From NCBI GenBank assembly GCA_013239625.1, contig MU053652.1, forward strand, positions 2,358,001-2,422,000: 64,000 nucleotides of DNA, read 5' to 3'. The stretch comes from Lama guanicoe. Its lineage: Eukaryota. This document shows, piece by piece, positions 50,157 to 63,000 of the stretch. Made by a program: the position numbers and the translations under genes. The stretch's first letter is position 1; each line of letters begins with the position of its first letter. The notes beneath the pieces are model-generated. The model saw nothing but the letters and a program-made list of their open reading frames with translations. It was not told where the DNA came from and searched no databases.

Positions 50157-52581
50157 TTAAGAAGAACACATCTTCAAGGACTGAGTCCCAGGTTAGAAAT
50201 CTGGGGAGTCCCAGGCTCACTGACTCTCTGTGGCCCGATGAGTCCCCTTGTGTTCAGTGCCCTACAGTTCCAAGTAAAACCTTGCTGCCACAGGTGGATT
50301 TTTGGTTTCGAAAGTGGAGGGGAAAGCACTGATGAGTTAGTGGTGGAAACGAGAGTGGTCTTGGGGAATGGTCCTCAGTGTCGAAGCGTAGGGTTTGGGG
50401 ACGTGGGGCATCCAGCAGGTGGCGGAAGCCTAGGAGCCTAGGCCTGAGTATGTGGTCGGAATAGTCAGAACACAGTCCTCAACAGCTGCAGAGACAGTGC
50501 AGTCTTTTGACCTGCAGGAGGCGACTGCTATTACAAAGGCCACGTTAGTCGTCAGAAGGTGAAAGGGGTGCTTTTTGTGGGAAGTGGGCCCCAGGGAAAT
50601 GTTCTGACTAATCCTGGGCCCAGGCTTTCTTCTGAAGTGTCTGAGCTGTTTTACCGAGTAAGCTCCCAGTCCGGATAGAAGAACTCGGATACAGGAATGC
50701 CTCGGACACAGTGACTGTTAGACCCGTCCTGAGAGGTGAAGCAAGCTGTGAAATTCACTCTCCTGGGGCTCCCTGTGAAAGCAGGGAAGAACACTGCCTC
50801 ATTCAGAATGAACTAGGTGCAGTCCTACCTTAGGACAGAGGGGCAGACCTCCGGGTCTTGACCCTCACACCCTCCTACATGCGTTACCATCTCTGGGTCT
50901 AGGGGGCAGATCCAGGGCTCCGCTAAAAACAGCACAGAGAATGCGTCTACAAACTGTCCCCCAGTGGTTTGAGGGTTTACAACAACCTGGCGGTGCTCCA
51001 TGGTAGAACACGGTGTGTTCGTCCCTGGAGTTAAAATGATTTGCCACATCAACCTGTGTGCAAAGTCCAGGAGAGACTGAGCACATGATGAATAGTAAGA
51101 ATCATGGTAATTAGTAATAGCTGCAAAGAATGTATTTCTCAAAGGTTTTCAACAACGTTTGCCTCTGGAGTTTTGAAGCATCTCTGAATAGGAGTTAGGG
51201 CAGATATTCGCCCCACTCCCCGCCTCATTTTGCTGATAAGGAAACACTTCCTGATCAGGGACTTTTCCCATATCATGAGTTAGATGATGGTAAAACAAAG
51301 AATAGAAATACAACTTTTTGTTTTTAAATTATCCTTGGAGTTTGATTCATTTATCCAACCAGTATTTCTTGAGCACCTCCTGTGGCCAGGCACGGTGCTA
51401 GGCCCTGGGAGTGGACGAGTGAACACAGAGAGAGGTCCGTGGCCTCCTGGATCTTTGAGTGCCATCAGGAGGCCAGAACTACACAGAGAGAAATCAATCT
51501 AGAAATGCATGAACCATCCCTGCTGTGAAGGAAGAGGTGTCAGGAAAGAACTTCTGAAGCGCGGATTCTCTGAACCTGGAATTTCATTCAAGCCTCTGAG
51601 CTACTTGATTGTCAGGATTCTTCCCAGTGTGAGCTGTGGGCTCTGCACTGTCTCCTGCTGCACAGAGGCAGATCCTACCACCCCAGCTGTGCACTCTGAG
51701 TGTGTAAATGTTATCAAAATGCCCTGGTGATGGGGGAAGAACAATGCTTCAGAGGTTAATGAAGTCATGGGAACCTCCAGTGCTGCGTCCCAGCCCCGCC
51801 CTGAAGCTGTCATTCGTCCATATCTGGCCAGCTTGTTTATCTTTGCAGATCTGCAGCCCTGTCCCTGTGGGTCCTGACAGGGCTCCTGTAGCTTTACTCA
51901 CCTCTGGAGCAAGGAACAAGGTCACCTGGACTTGATCTTTCCCCTAGATGGAAGGCCCCCAAATGGAGTGCATCCACCGAAAACAGAAGTAAACATGGGG
52001 TCGGATAAACCTGGGTTTTGCGAATCAAGCTACCGGGAAGAGTGAATAAAAACCTTTAACAAATACCAACCAGTTAAGGCAGTTTGGAAGATCTTTGGGA
52101 ATGAGAAGGGGAGAGTTGGGGAGCAGTGGTATAAAAACACTGGGAGTGGTACAGCAATTCTGACTTTCGCAGAGGGAGCGGGCAGCCCATAGATATGAAA
52201 GATCCGGTGATTAAATGAAAAGTTCTTACACGTGTTTAACTTCAATGCAGGGCATGGTCTGTGGCTCATGTGTATCGTATAATGAGGTTTCAGTAGCAGA
52301 AAATTGTAAGGCTGAGGCTGTGTTAATTTTTATTTGAGTTGAATGGGCTTCTTTGGGGAGACAGGGGTGCAGGTTTTGACAAGTGTAGGAGGGGTTGTGT
52401 GGGTAAACCAATTATTTCTTGAATTGAGAATAACACTCATCGCCTGGTATGAACTCATTGTGTGTTTTAGCTTGCTCCTAGGGGCAGATATGTCATCTTA
52501 ACCCTGTTTATGAGGCACAGCAGGCAAAATTACAGTACAAGGAGGATCACTATTCATTCACACATTTATTCACTCTCTGAG

Positions 52582-52820
52582 TAGTATAATAATTTTAGGA
52601 GTCAGGCTGCTGGGTTCGAATCCTGACTCCACTAAATAGCTGTGTGATCTTAGGCCAGTTACTTAATTTCCGTAAAAGCCTCAGATTCTTATTAATAAAA
52701 TGGGATTAATAACTGCATCTCACGAGTTTGTTGAAAAGACTCAGTGAGGTGACGCATGTAAAAGCCCGAGCTCCGTGCCAGCACACGTGGGAAGGATCAG
52801 CAAACTCTAGATATTATTCA
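52582..52820 (+). mobile_element. MIR SINE
   Basis: ggagtcaggctgctgggttcgaatcctgactccac..agctgtgtgatcttaggccagttacttaa. Confidence 0.8.
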
Positions 52821-54559
52821 CATTGATTTTATTATCAGAAGCCAACTTCAGCCATGTTAAGTGTAGAATGAACACACAAATAAAGAAAGTGAGCCTCTTG
52901 CCCTCCAGGAAAGAACTCACAGTGTATTTGTATATAACTAACAAAAAAATACGTGAACTCAGCGAGTTAAGGTACTAACCTGAGGCAAGGGGAACCCAGA
53001 GGAGGAGATGATTATGATCTGAGAGGTAGGGGCCAGATCCCAATAGGCTGTATCAAATCTGAGCCTTCAAACACTGACAGGTGGAAAGTAGGTTAATTCC
53101 AGGCACAAGGAGAAGCAAAGGCAAAGACAGATTTGAGAGCGAAAGTGAGCGACGGAGTTGAATCTAAAGAGCCTTCTCCCTCTCAGTGGGAGAAGATGGA
53201 AATGTTAGTTGGGGCCAAAATTTGGAGGCCTTGAATGCTGGGTTTGGGAATTTGGGCAACAGGAGAGCAGCCAAGAGCTTGAGCAGGTGAGGAATGGGAT
53301 CTGTTACATCTGATTCCAAGGACAACACTCTGGTGGCAGGTGGAGTGGAAGCAGGAGAGGAGGTGGAGAGGTTACAAGATGCTGAGCTGGGTACAGAGGG
53401 GACCTAGACACAGCTCTTTCCTCAAGGTGCTCAGAGCTCACGGGGGAAATTAGACACACGCATGTCAACATCCAGGGAGGAGGGCCACACAGTAAAGCGA
53501 CATCTACCTTCAGGGGATGCAGGGACAAAAAGGTTTTATTTCCTCATCTGCAAAATGGATTAATGGTAATGTATTTCCACCTCCAGACTGTATGATGATT
53601 AAATCACTTTAGGAAAGTAGTGTTTAACACGTGCCCAGAATACAGGCAAAGCCCCACGCGGTCCTACTCAAGCACACATTTTGGCCCTGGTCAGCCTCCA
53701 GGGTGGAAGAAGCTAACTGTGTGCTGTTTTACTGCACCAGGCAGAGGAATGGTGGGGGGCGGCAGGGAGGAGGATCAGGGGCTACGTGGGTGATGAGACT
53801 AGAGAGCAGGTTGGGTGTACCTATCAGGAAGACTGAGAGGAAGCAGGTGCCTCGGGCTTCTTTTATTTCCAGTTAATTTAGGAATTGATTCTTATCTCCC
53901 TCCCTTAGTCCCTTCTCCATGGTACATCTCCTTTTGCTCCTGCTGTGTGACCTGTGACTTTCTGAGTTGAGAGATCCACAGACTGTGACCCAGATGAATG
54001 TCATGAATGTGGATAATTAATGCCCAAGCCATGGGCTACGTTAGAACAGTGGCTGGAGTTCTAGACTGGTTCTGGAACCAGTGCTGCTTACCAGCTGTGT
54101 GAGGACAAGTCGGCTCAATTCTCCAGGCCCCAGTTTTTTCCTATGTGATGATGGCGTTGGGCCATGACCTCTAACATCCACTGAGCCCCCAGGGTTTCCC
54201 TGAATTTGAAGTGTTCAGGAATTCTGAAGATTACAGTTAGGTGCTAGGCCGTGTCCTGGGCGCCCTGATACAAGCAGTCCCATTGCTTTTGATGAGAAGG
54301 GACAGCCTGGTTTTGCAACCCACACCCCTGGCTTGCATGGATGCAACCACAGTGGGAAAACCTCCCCACCCGCTGCTCTGGGGCACGACCCGCTCTTGTG
54401 ATCCAGAATGTAGAACTTCTGGGAGGGAGAATGTCTGCAGAGGAGAAGCGACAGGAAAGAACACAGAATAATTGCCCTGTTGCCCCTGCTCCTCACAGGA
54501 GTGAAAGCACTAGGAAAGATGCGAGCAGTGAAGCAGCTCTACTAACACAAGAATATTCC

Positions 54560-54765
54560 CTTCCATTTGTTGAGTGTCCACTAGGCATCATGAACTCCCT
54601 CACTTTTTCACAGTGATTCTGCAAGATTCATGCTATTACTTATTTTACAGAGGAGGAGGCTCTGGCTCAGAGAGGCTAAGTAAAAGCCCAAGGTCACACA
54701 GCTATTAAATTGCAGAACAGAGATTCAAATTCCAGCTGACTCACTCCAAGGCCATTCCTCATCTG
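54560..54765 (-). mobile_element. MIR SINE
   Basis: attttacagaggagg..ggctcagagaggctaagtaa..gcccaaggtcacacagcta. Confidence 0.8.
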
Positions 54766-54799
54766 CCATGCAGATAGCATCCCAACCCCATACTTTCAG

Positions 54800-56288
54800 C
54801 AACAAAGTTCCTTTGCCTGAGTAGTCCTTCTATCTCTGCTTCACATCTCATCTCCTGTGGTTTCTCCCTTTCCACTGGCTTCTTCCTGTCAGCTTGTAAT
54901 CATGGGTGCCTCTCCAATTTTACAATGAACCAGTACACACAAACTTTTCCCTCGACCCCACATTTTCCCTCCTTCCTTTCACATCCACACTCAATGGCTC
55001 TGTTTCCTCAGCTCCACACACTCCCCCAAGTTATTGCATGTCACTGAAATCACTCAGGGTAAAATTCCCAGTGACCTTCTCATTGCCAGATTCAGTTGGT
55101 AGATTTCAGTCTTTGCAGCAGGTGACACAAGACCACCTTCTTCTTACTAAAACATTCTCCTCCCTCTGTTTCCATGGCACCCTTCTCGGTTACCTCCTAG
55201 GCAGCTCCTCATTCCGCATCTCCGCTTCCTCAGCCTGTTCTGTGAGTGTTGAAAGGCTCTGCTTCCAGCTTCTCCCCTTCTCACCGCAGAGCTTCCTGGG
55301 CTACAGGAAGCCTTGGCTACAACCCCTACCTGTGCACTGTTTCCTGTCCTGACCTCAGACTGAGCTTCCATGTCACAGACAGAACTTCTAGACATGGCCC
55401 CTGAGTGCCCCATGGGTCTTCAGGGTCAACATGTTCAAAATGGGACTCATCACTTTCTACTTCCAAACTTAACTTTTGTTATCTTCTCCACCTCAGTTAG
55501 TGACATTCAATTGTGGCACTCAGATAATCCACCCAGTAACACAAGTGGGAAACCTAGACTCCCAGACTCCCTCCATGGCTTCACGCCCTCAGCACACCAC
55601 ACACAGTGCATGACACACCACGTCCACACTGATGGGTCACTAAATTCTATCAGTTTTGCCCCCCAAACATCTCTGGCATCAGGCTCCTCCTCTTCTTTCT
55701 CACTGCCACTGTCTGAGCTCAGACCCTTCAGGGACAGGTGCGTCAGCCTCCCAAAGCGCTGTGCTCACCCCTAGTCTTGCACCTGCCCACTGAGCCTTCA
55801 GCCCACTACAGCTGGAAGGATCTTGTTCTGGAAGGCTAGTCTTGTCTCCTGCAGCTTATTATTCTTTGGGGATTCTCCGTTGTCTAAGAATCTCACCCCA
55901 TCCATCTCTCCAGCCTCATCTTCCATCACTGCCCACAAACCCTGCACTCTGCTTAAGGCAAAACACCTGTCTGCAGTTCTCAGGTCCCCTCTTCCCTTTC
56001 ACACATTGCTTCACCTGCCTAAAGTGCCTTTGCTTTCACTCCTCCCCTGTGAAGTCCTGCTCCTGCTCTAAGACCCTGCTCAGGAGCCATCCCTGACCTC
56101 CCGAGGTGAAGCTGAGCCTGTCCTGCTCTCTGCTTCCCCCGTGTCTGCTGGACCTCAGCTCTGCTTGTGTACAGATACTGCTTCTCTCCTGAGAGGGCGG
56201 AGGCTGTGCTGCCCGCATTTGCATTCTCAGCGCTGTGCACAGAACCTGCCATAGGATGCTGTTAGAGTAGATATTGCTGAAGAAGAAT
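54800..56288 (+). mobile_element. Long diverged LINE-2 fragment
   Basis: Collinear L2 motifs over about 1.5 kb (gacac..gaccac.ttcttct; aacattctcctccctctg.ttccatggcac; caacatgttcaaaa; gaaacctaga), ending gcacagaacctgccatag...tgctgaa. Confidence 0.7.
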
Positions 56289-56966
56289 AGGTAAGTGTAT
56301 GACTTTGGGGAGAAGATGCCCATCTTGAACCTCAGCTAATATTCATAGAATCACACAACTTGGCAGTCAGAGATAAAGCCCAGCCTCGGAGATAAAATGC
56401 AACCACTTCTTTATTTAGCCTTTGGAATTGAATGCCTTCTTGGGGGAGGGCACCACTGTACTAGGTACTGGGATTTAAAGATGAATGAATTACCACTCTG
56501 TGTCCACAAGGGACACAGAGGTCAGGGATTAGAAAACTGAAGTAAAAGCATGCTTGGCACCTTCTGAACAGGTGCTGTGGCCCGAGGATGTGTGCTTTTA
56601 TTTTTTATTGGGAGGTGTGGTGGCTGGAGGCTCTGTCCCACCCCAGATGCAGATGTGGTGACTGGAGATTAAAGTCATTTGGGATGAGGATCAAGAGGAC
56701 TTTATCAAACCTGTGTTTAAGGAAGAGGTCAGCAACATCACCAAATCCCACATGGGGCCAAGAATCATGACCCCTAAATTTGACTGACAGGGACCATGGG
56801 AAAAACTACTTTAAACCTTGAGCCGTAGGTTCCTGTGTAATATCTACCAGTTGGCATTCATGTTTGCATTCCATATCTGTATCTGTACCTATGATGTGAT
56901 GTGCTGTTCTGAGTGGTCTGAGGAAGCAGATGAATAGTAGAGACCCCACGTTAAGAGGTTGAAAGC

Positions 56967-57335
56967 ATGTGTCAACGTCATAAAAGTTAAAGACTGAGGA
57001 ACAGTGTTTACTCCAATAAATTGGAGAAGAAATTGGATGTGAAAACTAGATGAAACGTAGGGTCCTGGATAAGTTCTTGGACCAGAAAAAGTATATTAGC
57101 CAAAAGGGTTACAAAATTTGATTGAGGTCTAAAACTAGCAAGTATTGAATTGATGTTAATTTTCTTATTTTGGTCATTGTGCCGTAGTCCATGTTTTTTT
57201 AGATCCGAACCTTAAAGGAAGCAATGTAAAGGGGATACTGGAATTCTTTGTCCTCTTCTTGCAAGTCTCCGTAAGTCTAAAATTATTTCAAAGTAATATG
57301 TTAATAAATTTAATTGTCTAATGCCAAAAAAAAAA
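56967..57335 (+). mobile_element. Old LINE-1 3' end (L1MC-like)
   Basis: tgtcaacgtcataaaa..aaagactgaggaac...tcttggaccagaaaaa...atgttaattttcttattttg...gtaagtctaaaattatttcaaa plus A tail. gttgaaag flanks both ends. Confidence 0.75.
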
Positions 57336-58624
57336 GTTGAAAGTCTTGGGGAGCTAATGCATGCATACATATAACCAAAATGTAATAAATCTCAGAAGGA
57401 TTATGGACTAGCATCTACAGAGTGCTTTGGCTTTTGACTGTGAGCTCAAGTATTCTGGGCCGGTGAACTAGCTAGTGGCAGCACTGTGTTAAAGGGGGCC
57501 AAGGGCTCAGGCCACGTACCTGGGGCAGTTCTGTTCACTCACTGAATGTGATCTCTAAGCCTGGCGAGCCTCATTCCTGAAGACCCCACCTGCATAAGGT
57601 GGGGGGAGGGGGCGCTGCTGGATACTGGGGAGGGTCCGGTGCAATTCTGGTTTTGCTGAGTCTTCGGCTGCAAAGAGCTGAAAGAGCTGCCAGTTTCCTA
57701 TGCCTAGGTGTCTGCTCTCATTTTAATTCTGCATGATCTGGTAATGGGACCAATCCCAAATTGTGTGCATTTGAAGTAGACACTCTCCCTTTGCAAAGTT
57801 AACCTGCTCATTTCTAGGTTTTTGGAGCAATTGATTGAGTGCAAAACAGTTTATGTCAGAGAGCACACAATAAGAAAATTTTAAATCTCATGTAAAAAAA
57901 AAGTGCATTGCTTGGTTTCAGAAAGAGAAACAAGCCTTCTGTTGGCATGGATATTAGAACAGTACTAAAAAACATCAAAGATAGCCACACACAAACACAT
58001 CCCACAGTATTTATAGGGAACACCCTCTGTCCTTGCCATATGGGGCGTGGAAAACGGGGCCAGAACGATCCTGCAGAAACTTCCTGATGCAAACCGGCAG
58101 GCCAGCTATCCCCCGCGGAACCCCTGCCAGGGCTTCAGCGCTTCCTTCGCGGCTCCAAAGATGCTGTGCCTTTTGGACAGCGCCTGCGTGCAGCCCGCTT
58201 GAGGCCCTCAAGGAGTCTACTGTCCTTGGCACCGGGCTGAGCCTGGGGATAACCCCTCTTCCCTCCCAGACCCCTCAGGCAGAAAGACTCCAAATAATCA
58301 ACCCAGGAGTCACGTGAGCCAAATCCTAGCCCCCGCCCCCAGAGTTAATCACCCCTCCTTCTCTGGGTCTGCTTCCCCTCCCCCTTCCGACTCCCGCCCC
58401 GGCGCCACCCATGCGCCTCCTCCTCAGGGGTTTCCAGGATCTGCATTCTTAAGGACCTTTTTTAAACACAAAACAAAACAAAACAAAACGACCCCCCCCA
58501 AAAAACGAGGGTTACTTCTTTGTTCTTTCGGCTTATGAAATTCAATTCCCATCTCCATCCCAGGTTTGCGAATTTCTCCTATGACATGGAGCGCGAGCCA
58601 CTTCATTCCTGGAGACTACGTTCC

Positions 58625-59060
58625 TCGCCTTGTGTTAAGCGCTCGTCCTGCATTTCATCTTAGTTAAGTCTCTTAGCAACCCTATGAGGTGAGTTATCTC
58701 CATATTACAGATGGAAAGAACCGAAGCACATGGAGTACCTTGGCCAGGGTTTTACAACTAATAGCTGGGCGCAGCTGGGTTTTGAGCTCCAAGCCCTAAG
58801 TGCTTATTTTCTTTATTATCACTAGCTAATACTTTTTGAGCAATTACTATATGCCAGGCACTGCGCAAACTATTTCTCCACACTAGTTTTAGAAGCAGGT
58901 CTGCCAGTTACCAGTTACGTGATTTCAAGCAAGTTTCTTAAACCTCTTTTTCATTCTATTCCCCGTCTTTAAAATGAGGCCAAAAACATGGCTGTTGCGA
59001 AGAGCAAATGAATTAATATATGCAAAGCATTTAGAACACAAACTGACACATATTAATCCC
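58625..59060. mobile_element. MIR fragments in both orientations just upstream of the CpG island
   Basis: caaccctatgaggt..ccatattacagatg (minus); ttgagcaattactatatgccaggcactg (minus); gcaagtttcttaaacctct..taaaatgagg..gcaaagcatttagaaca (plus). Confidence 0.7.
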
Positions 59061-59729
59061 TCAAAAATTTGTCTTTTGGGGGGGGTTTTTATTTTTGCCA
59101 TCACTTCTATTCACAGGTGAGGTCGGCTTGAGAAGTAAAGCAACTAAGTCCAGATTGCCCCACGCACACCTTATATCACAGACTTGCTCAGAAGTCTTAT
59201 AGGATGTGCGCCCGCCCGCAGGTGAGTTGCACCTGGCAAGTGGGCGACGTGCTTCTCGGGCTTTGCAGCAGAACGCGCTGCAGCCGGGAGGCCAGGAATG
59301 CTCCTTAGCGAACACACAGCCATGGGCCCTAGCTCCGGATCTGTGCGGACAAGGACCTCGGCAGTGTAGGGGGTCCCGCCGGACACTCTCAGAGGCACCG
59401 CTGGCGACACCTGCACGCCCGGTGGGCAGAGGGCTATCCCGCGCCCGGAGTCCCCGCCGCCTCGCCTCCCAGTGCACACGCTCACACCCCCGCCCGCTCC
59501 GGGGCCGCCCGCCCGGAGCCCGGAGCCCGCCGTGCTCCCCCGCCCGCCGCGCGCCAGGGCGGAGTTTCCTCCTCTGCTCATTGTTCACTGTTCAGCGCCG
59601 CCCCGCCCGGGATCTGCCCAGCGCCGCCCCGCCCGGGCCCACCGCCCCGCCCCGCCCGCGCGCTCCTGGAGGAGGGGACGGGGCGGGTGCCGGCGCGGAC
59701 GGGACCGGAGTCGCCGCAGTCGCCGGCCT

Positions 59730-59988
59730 GGCCGCAGCCGCGCAGATACCGCCGGTGACACAGCCGCCCGCCGCTCCTCTGCCGCCTGGCTCTGCGCCTT
59801 AGCCGGTTTCTGCTGCAGCGGCCTCGAGGAGGGGCAGCCGGAGCGCGACTCGGGAGTCCCGGGTCACCGCCCGGCCGCCGAATCTACGGCCAGGCCTCCC
59901 CGAGAGGCGCCCACGCTCCCGCCGCCCGGCCGCCCGGCCCCTCAGCCAAGTCCGCAGCCACCTGCTCTGGGCCGGAGGCCAGGACACC
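59730..59988 (+). other. PODXL: PODXL exon 1 5'UTR (TSS approximate)
   Basis: GC-rich and ATG-free. Segments gccgctcctctgcc..ctggctctgcgcc, ctgctgcagcggc, gcgcgactcgggag and ccgcagccacctgctc match my recollection of the human PODXL mRNA leader. The exact start cannot be seen from sequence. Confidence 0.75.
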
Positions 59989-60049
59989 ATGACCTCCGCG
60001 CTGGTGCTCTCGGCGTTGCTGCTGCTGCTCCCGTCGCTCTGGCAAAATG
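59989..60049 (+). CDS. PODXL: Podocalyxin (CD34-family sialomucin), first coding exon (signal peptide), phase-1 junction
   Basis: ATG in gacaccATG context encodes MTSALVLSALLLLLPSLWQN and ends in AATG|gtgagt, a strong donor at 60050. This resembles the recalled human PODXL N-terminus (MRCALALSALLLLL...SQN|), which has the same exon end. The upstream UTR also resembles human PODXL. Lies in a CpG island. Confidence 0.92.
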
Positions 60050-63000
60050 GTGAGTGGTGGCCCGAGCTCCGCCGGGACCCCCATCATGCTGGTGTGCCCC
60101 AGCGGGGCGGGCTGCTGGGAAACCTGCCGCGCCTCGTGGCTGGACCCGGAGCAGTCCCTCCGCGCACCACTAGCTGGGGCCATACGTGGATCTCTGATCT
60201 TGCACCATCCAAGCCCTTTCCCACCCCGAGAACGCCGCAGGTGTCGGGCCCCGAGCGGAGATCGTCCCGGTGTCCATCCGGGTGGAGCGGTGGTGGATTG
60301 TGCTGGGGCAAACAGAGGAGCGCCGGCGCTGAATGGGTTTGCCGGGAAAGGGTGGGCGCTGTGGGTCTCCACGCTTCCGCGGGACGCCCAGAGTATGATC
60401 ACCCTTTTTCTCTGTGTTGGAGGGGGTATGGGACGGTATTGTGTCGTCGTTAATTCCAGGCAAGGCGGCAGGCTGGAAGCTCATGAGGAAGTCCCTGAAG
60501 CAGGTGACCAACCTCCTCTAACGGCCCACGAGGGCTGCGTGTTTCGCATTCGGAGAGTTTTTTTTTTCCCTAGCGGCATTAGCCCACCTGAGCCCTTGTT
60601 GGGCTAGGTGGAGGGGGGTTGGGAGTAAGTGGACCTTCCACAGTTCCAGACTCACCTGAGTGGGCCCCGGCGTCCATTGTCACCAAAGAAACAGCTCCCT
60701 TTTCAGTGCATGGCCAGGAAGGTGAAATTCCCTCCAACCCCTTGGTAGAAACAGGACCTTCTCATGAAGCAGGCTTGGGCTGTGCCTTAGAAACATTTTC
60801 CGTATTTTTCCTAAAGGTCAAAATCCGGGGCAACGGGGGTGGTGTCCCAAAGCCTCTAAGAAAAGCTGAGATTCATTTCTTTCTTGCCCACCTGAGCAGG
60901 TGTCTTCGGGGAGAAAGAGTGATGTTCCCACTCTAGGACAGAAGGGCTGTGGTGACAGCCCAGACAAAGAAGGGACCCTTCTGCTGGCCAGTGCTGGTGT
61001 TTGGGACTAAACTCTTAAGGGGAGGATGGGATGGAATGGCAGTACACTGTCTTCTCTACACCACAGGGAGCTCTGGTGGTGGGAAGGGGCTGGCACTCAG
61101 AGAGCAAGTAGGCTTGGGCATCCTCCGGTGGGTGGCCCTGACTCCACAGCCTGGCCTGAGAGGGACTGGCACAGCCAGTGGGTGAAGGGTGTGCAGCCCT
61201 GGAGGAGGGATTGCAGTTTGAGGAAAGATTGGAACAGCTCTGAGGATGGCAGTCACTGCAGATGTGCACAACCTGCAAGGCTGAGAAGATGCTGGAATGT
61301 GGCAGCTGTCCTCAGCCCTGCTCCCTGGAGGGCAGTCAGACTTCAGTGTGGGCCCCCCATGCACCCTTTCTGCAAGGAGCCTCTTAGCAGCACCCAGAAG
61401 GGAGGTGGGCTGTTTCAGGAAGGTTGGGCTAGTCCCAGTGCTGCTGAGCTTACAGAGGCTGAGCTGGGAGGAGAGGGTGGGGGCTGTGGGATGACACCCT
61501 CCGGGTGTTCTGCCCTAAGAAGAGAGGCTCTGGAAGAAAAGCCCCAAGCCCAGCTCACTGCCGGCTTCAAGGCTGGGACTGTCTTCCCTGGCGTCTGGGC
61601 ACTGCCGAGAAACCCTGTCTCTTCCAGGAAGCTCTCCTCAGGCCTAGCACGGGGCAGGGCACATGGCAGGAGCTTGATGTGTGGTACATAAATGTAGTGA
61701 AGAAGGAAACAAATTTAACCCAGCAAATCACCTTGCCTTTCTTAGTCCGGGTGACTAATCCCTAAAACGCTATTACAATATGTGATGAGAAAGGGAAGTG
61801 CTTTGAAAAGTTAAACTGGCAAAGGAAAACTACTAGGAAACTAAAACTACTACTATTATTATTATTTTCATATGTCGAGGCCAGAAAAGGCTGAGAGGTG
61901 CAAGCTTGGTGTTTAGTGGCTGTGGTGGGTTTTACACCCTCCTGTCGGGACTCAGGACTGCTCCATCTCTGCCTTTCTGAAGGTAACAGCCGACTGGGAG
62001 GTAGTCACCTGGGATGGCAGACTCCAAACTGCTGGAATCCTGTGATTCAATTCTAAGCAAGGTTTATAGTGGAAGGAAGGAGTTATCCCCGACAGGGCCC
62101 TGGGAGCTTACATTCCCATATAGGTGGATCACACAGCCTGTGGCGTCAACAGCATTGAACCCAGGGCTGATGACCCATTAGATCCCTTTTTGGCACTTTT
62201 TGGTTTGATATCACTTGGTTGAACCATATGGCAAGTTGTACCTCTGAGCCTCAGTTTCCTTACCTGTAAGATAGAATGAAAGAGCAGAAGGGCCTGTAAT
62301 TTCACCGTTAAAACATTTCTGGGCTTCTGCCAAAAGGACAGGCTGACTTAGTAGTCTCTTGGTCTGATCAAGTCATTTGATGGGTGAATCCTGGGCAGGG
62401 GAAAGACAGCCCTTTCCCAAGGTGATAGAAAACCCTCAAACTTTGGATCAGACAGACCTGCTTGCCTGTAGACCAGCCGGTGAGCCTCTTTGAGCCTCCA
62501 TGAAATGGTAACAAATCTCCATGTTGCAAGTTGCTCTGAAGATAAGAGCTAACGTGTTAATGAGCTTGCTGTTGTGGTCAGAGCTTTAAAAAATCTTAGC
62601 AATTTTGATAAATAAAGCATGCATATTGAGTGCTTGATAGGTTTAAGGCGCCCCCCAGCATCACGATTCTGCTCTGTTTGTGGGTCAGTTGCTAAGTAGT
62701 CCTAAAAACTAAAGCTTAAGTGCTGCATGGTGTGGGAAAGGGAGGTGTATGTGCAAAAGCAGTACGGTTTGGGAAGGGGTGAGCCCGGCAGAGCTTCCTG
62801 CAGGAGGCAGAGAGTGGTGGTTATACATGGATTTTAAAGTAGAAGGGTCAGCATGGAGTGGGAGACCGCTCCTAGGGTGGCTGAGGCTGAATGCACTGCG
62901 GGATGTAGCGAAGACACAGCCCAGAAGCTGGGGGCATGGTGGGGGTTCTTGAAGTGGGGTCAGGGAACTGCCGGGAGGCTTTGAGGAGGAGGTGAACTTA

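Larger units (their letters stand above)
59190..60560. promoter_or_regulatory. CpG island / TATA-less PODXL promoter with multiple GC boxes
   Basis: Very high GC and CpG density. Repeated CCCCGCCC/GGGGCGGG (Sp/KLF/EGR-WT1-type) sites at about 59486-59690. No TATA box. Spans exon 1 and the 5' end of intron 1. Confidence 0.9.

Noticed and set aside
49623..50220. Functional L1 ORF2 coding sequence
   Set aside because: Only the frameshifted C-terminal fragment is present, 5'-truncated and interrupted by a microsatellite.
59962..59964. In-frame upstream CTG as an alternative PODXL start
   Set aside because: Weak context (pyrimidine at -3, no G at +4), and by recollection not frame-conserved in human.
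59989..60453. 154-aa ORF as a single-exon secreted protein
   Set aside because: It reads through a consensus donor (G|gtgagt at 60049/60050). The downstream part is GC-rich intron with no protein-like features.
59061..60607. Long overlapping Pro/Arg/Ala/Gly-rich ORFs (136-198 aa) on both strands
   Set aside because: Expected stop-codon scarcity in a CpG island; no recognisable domains.
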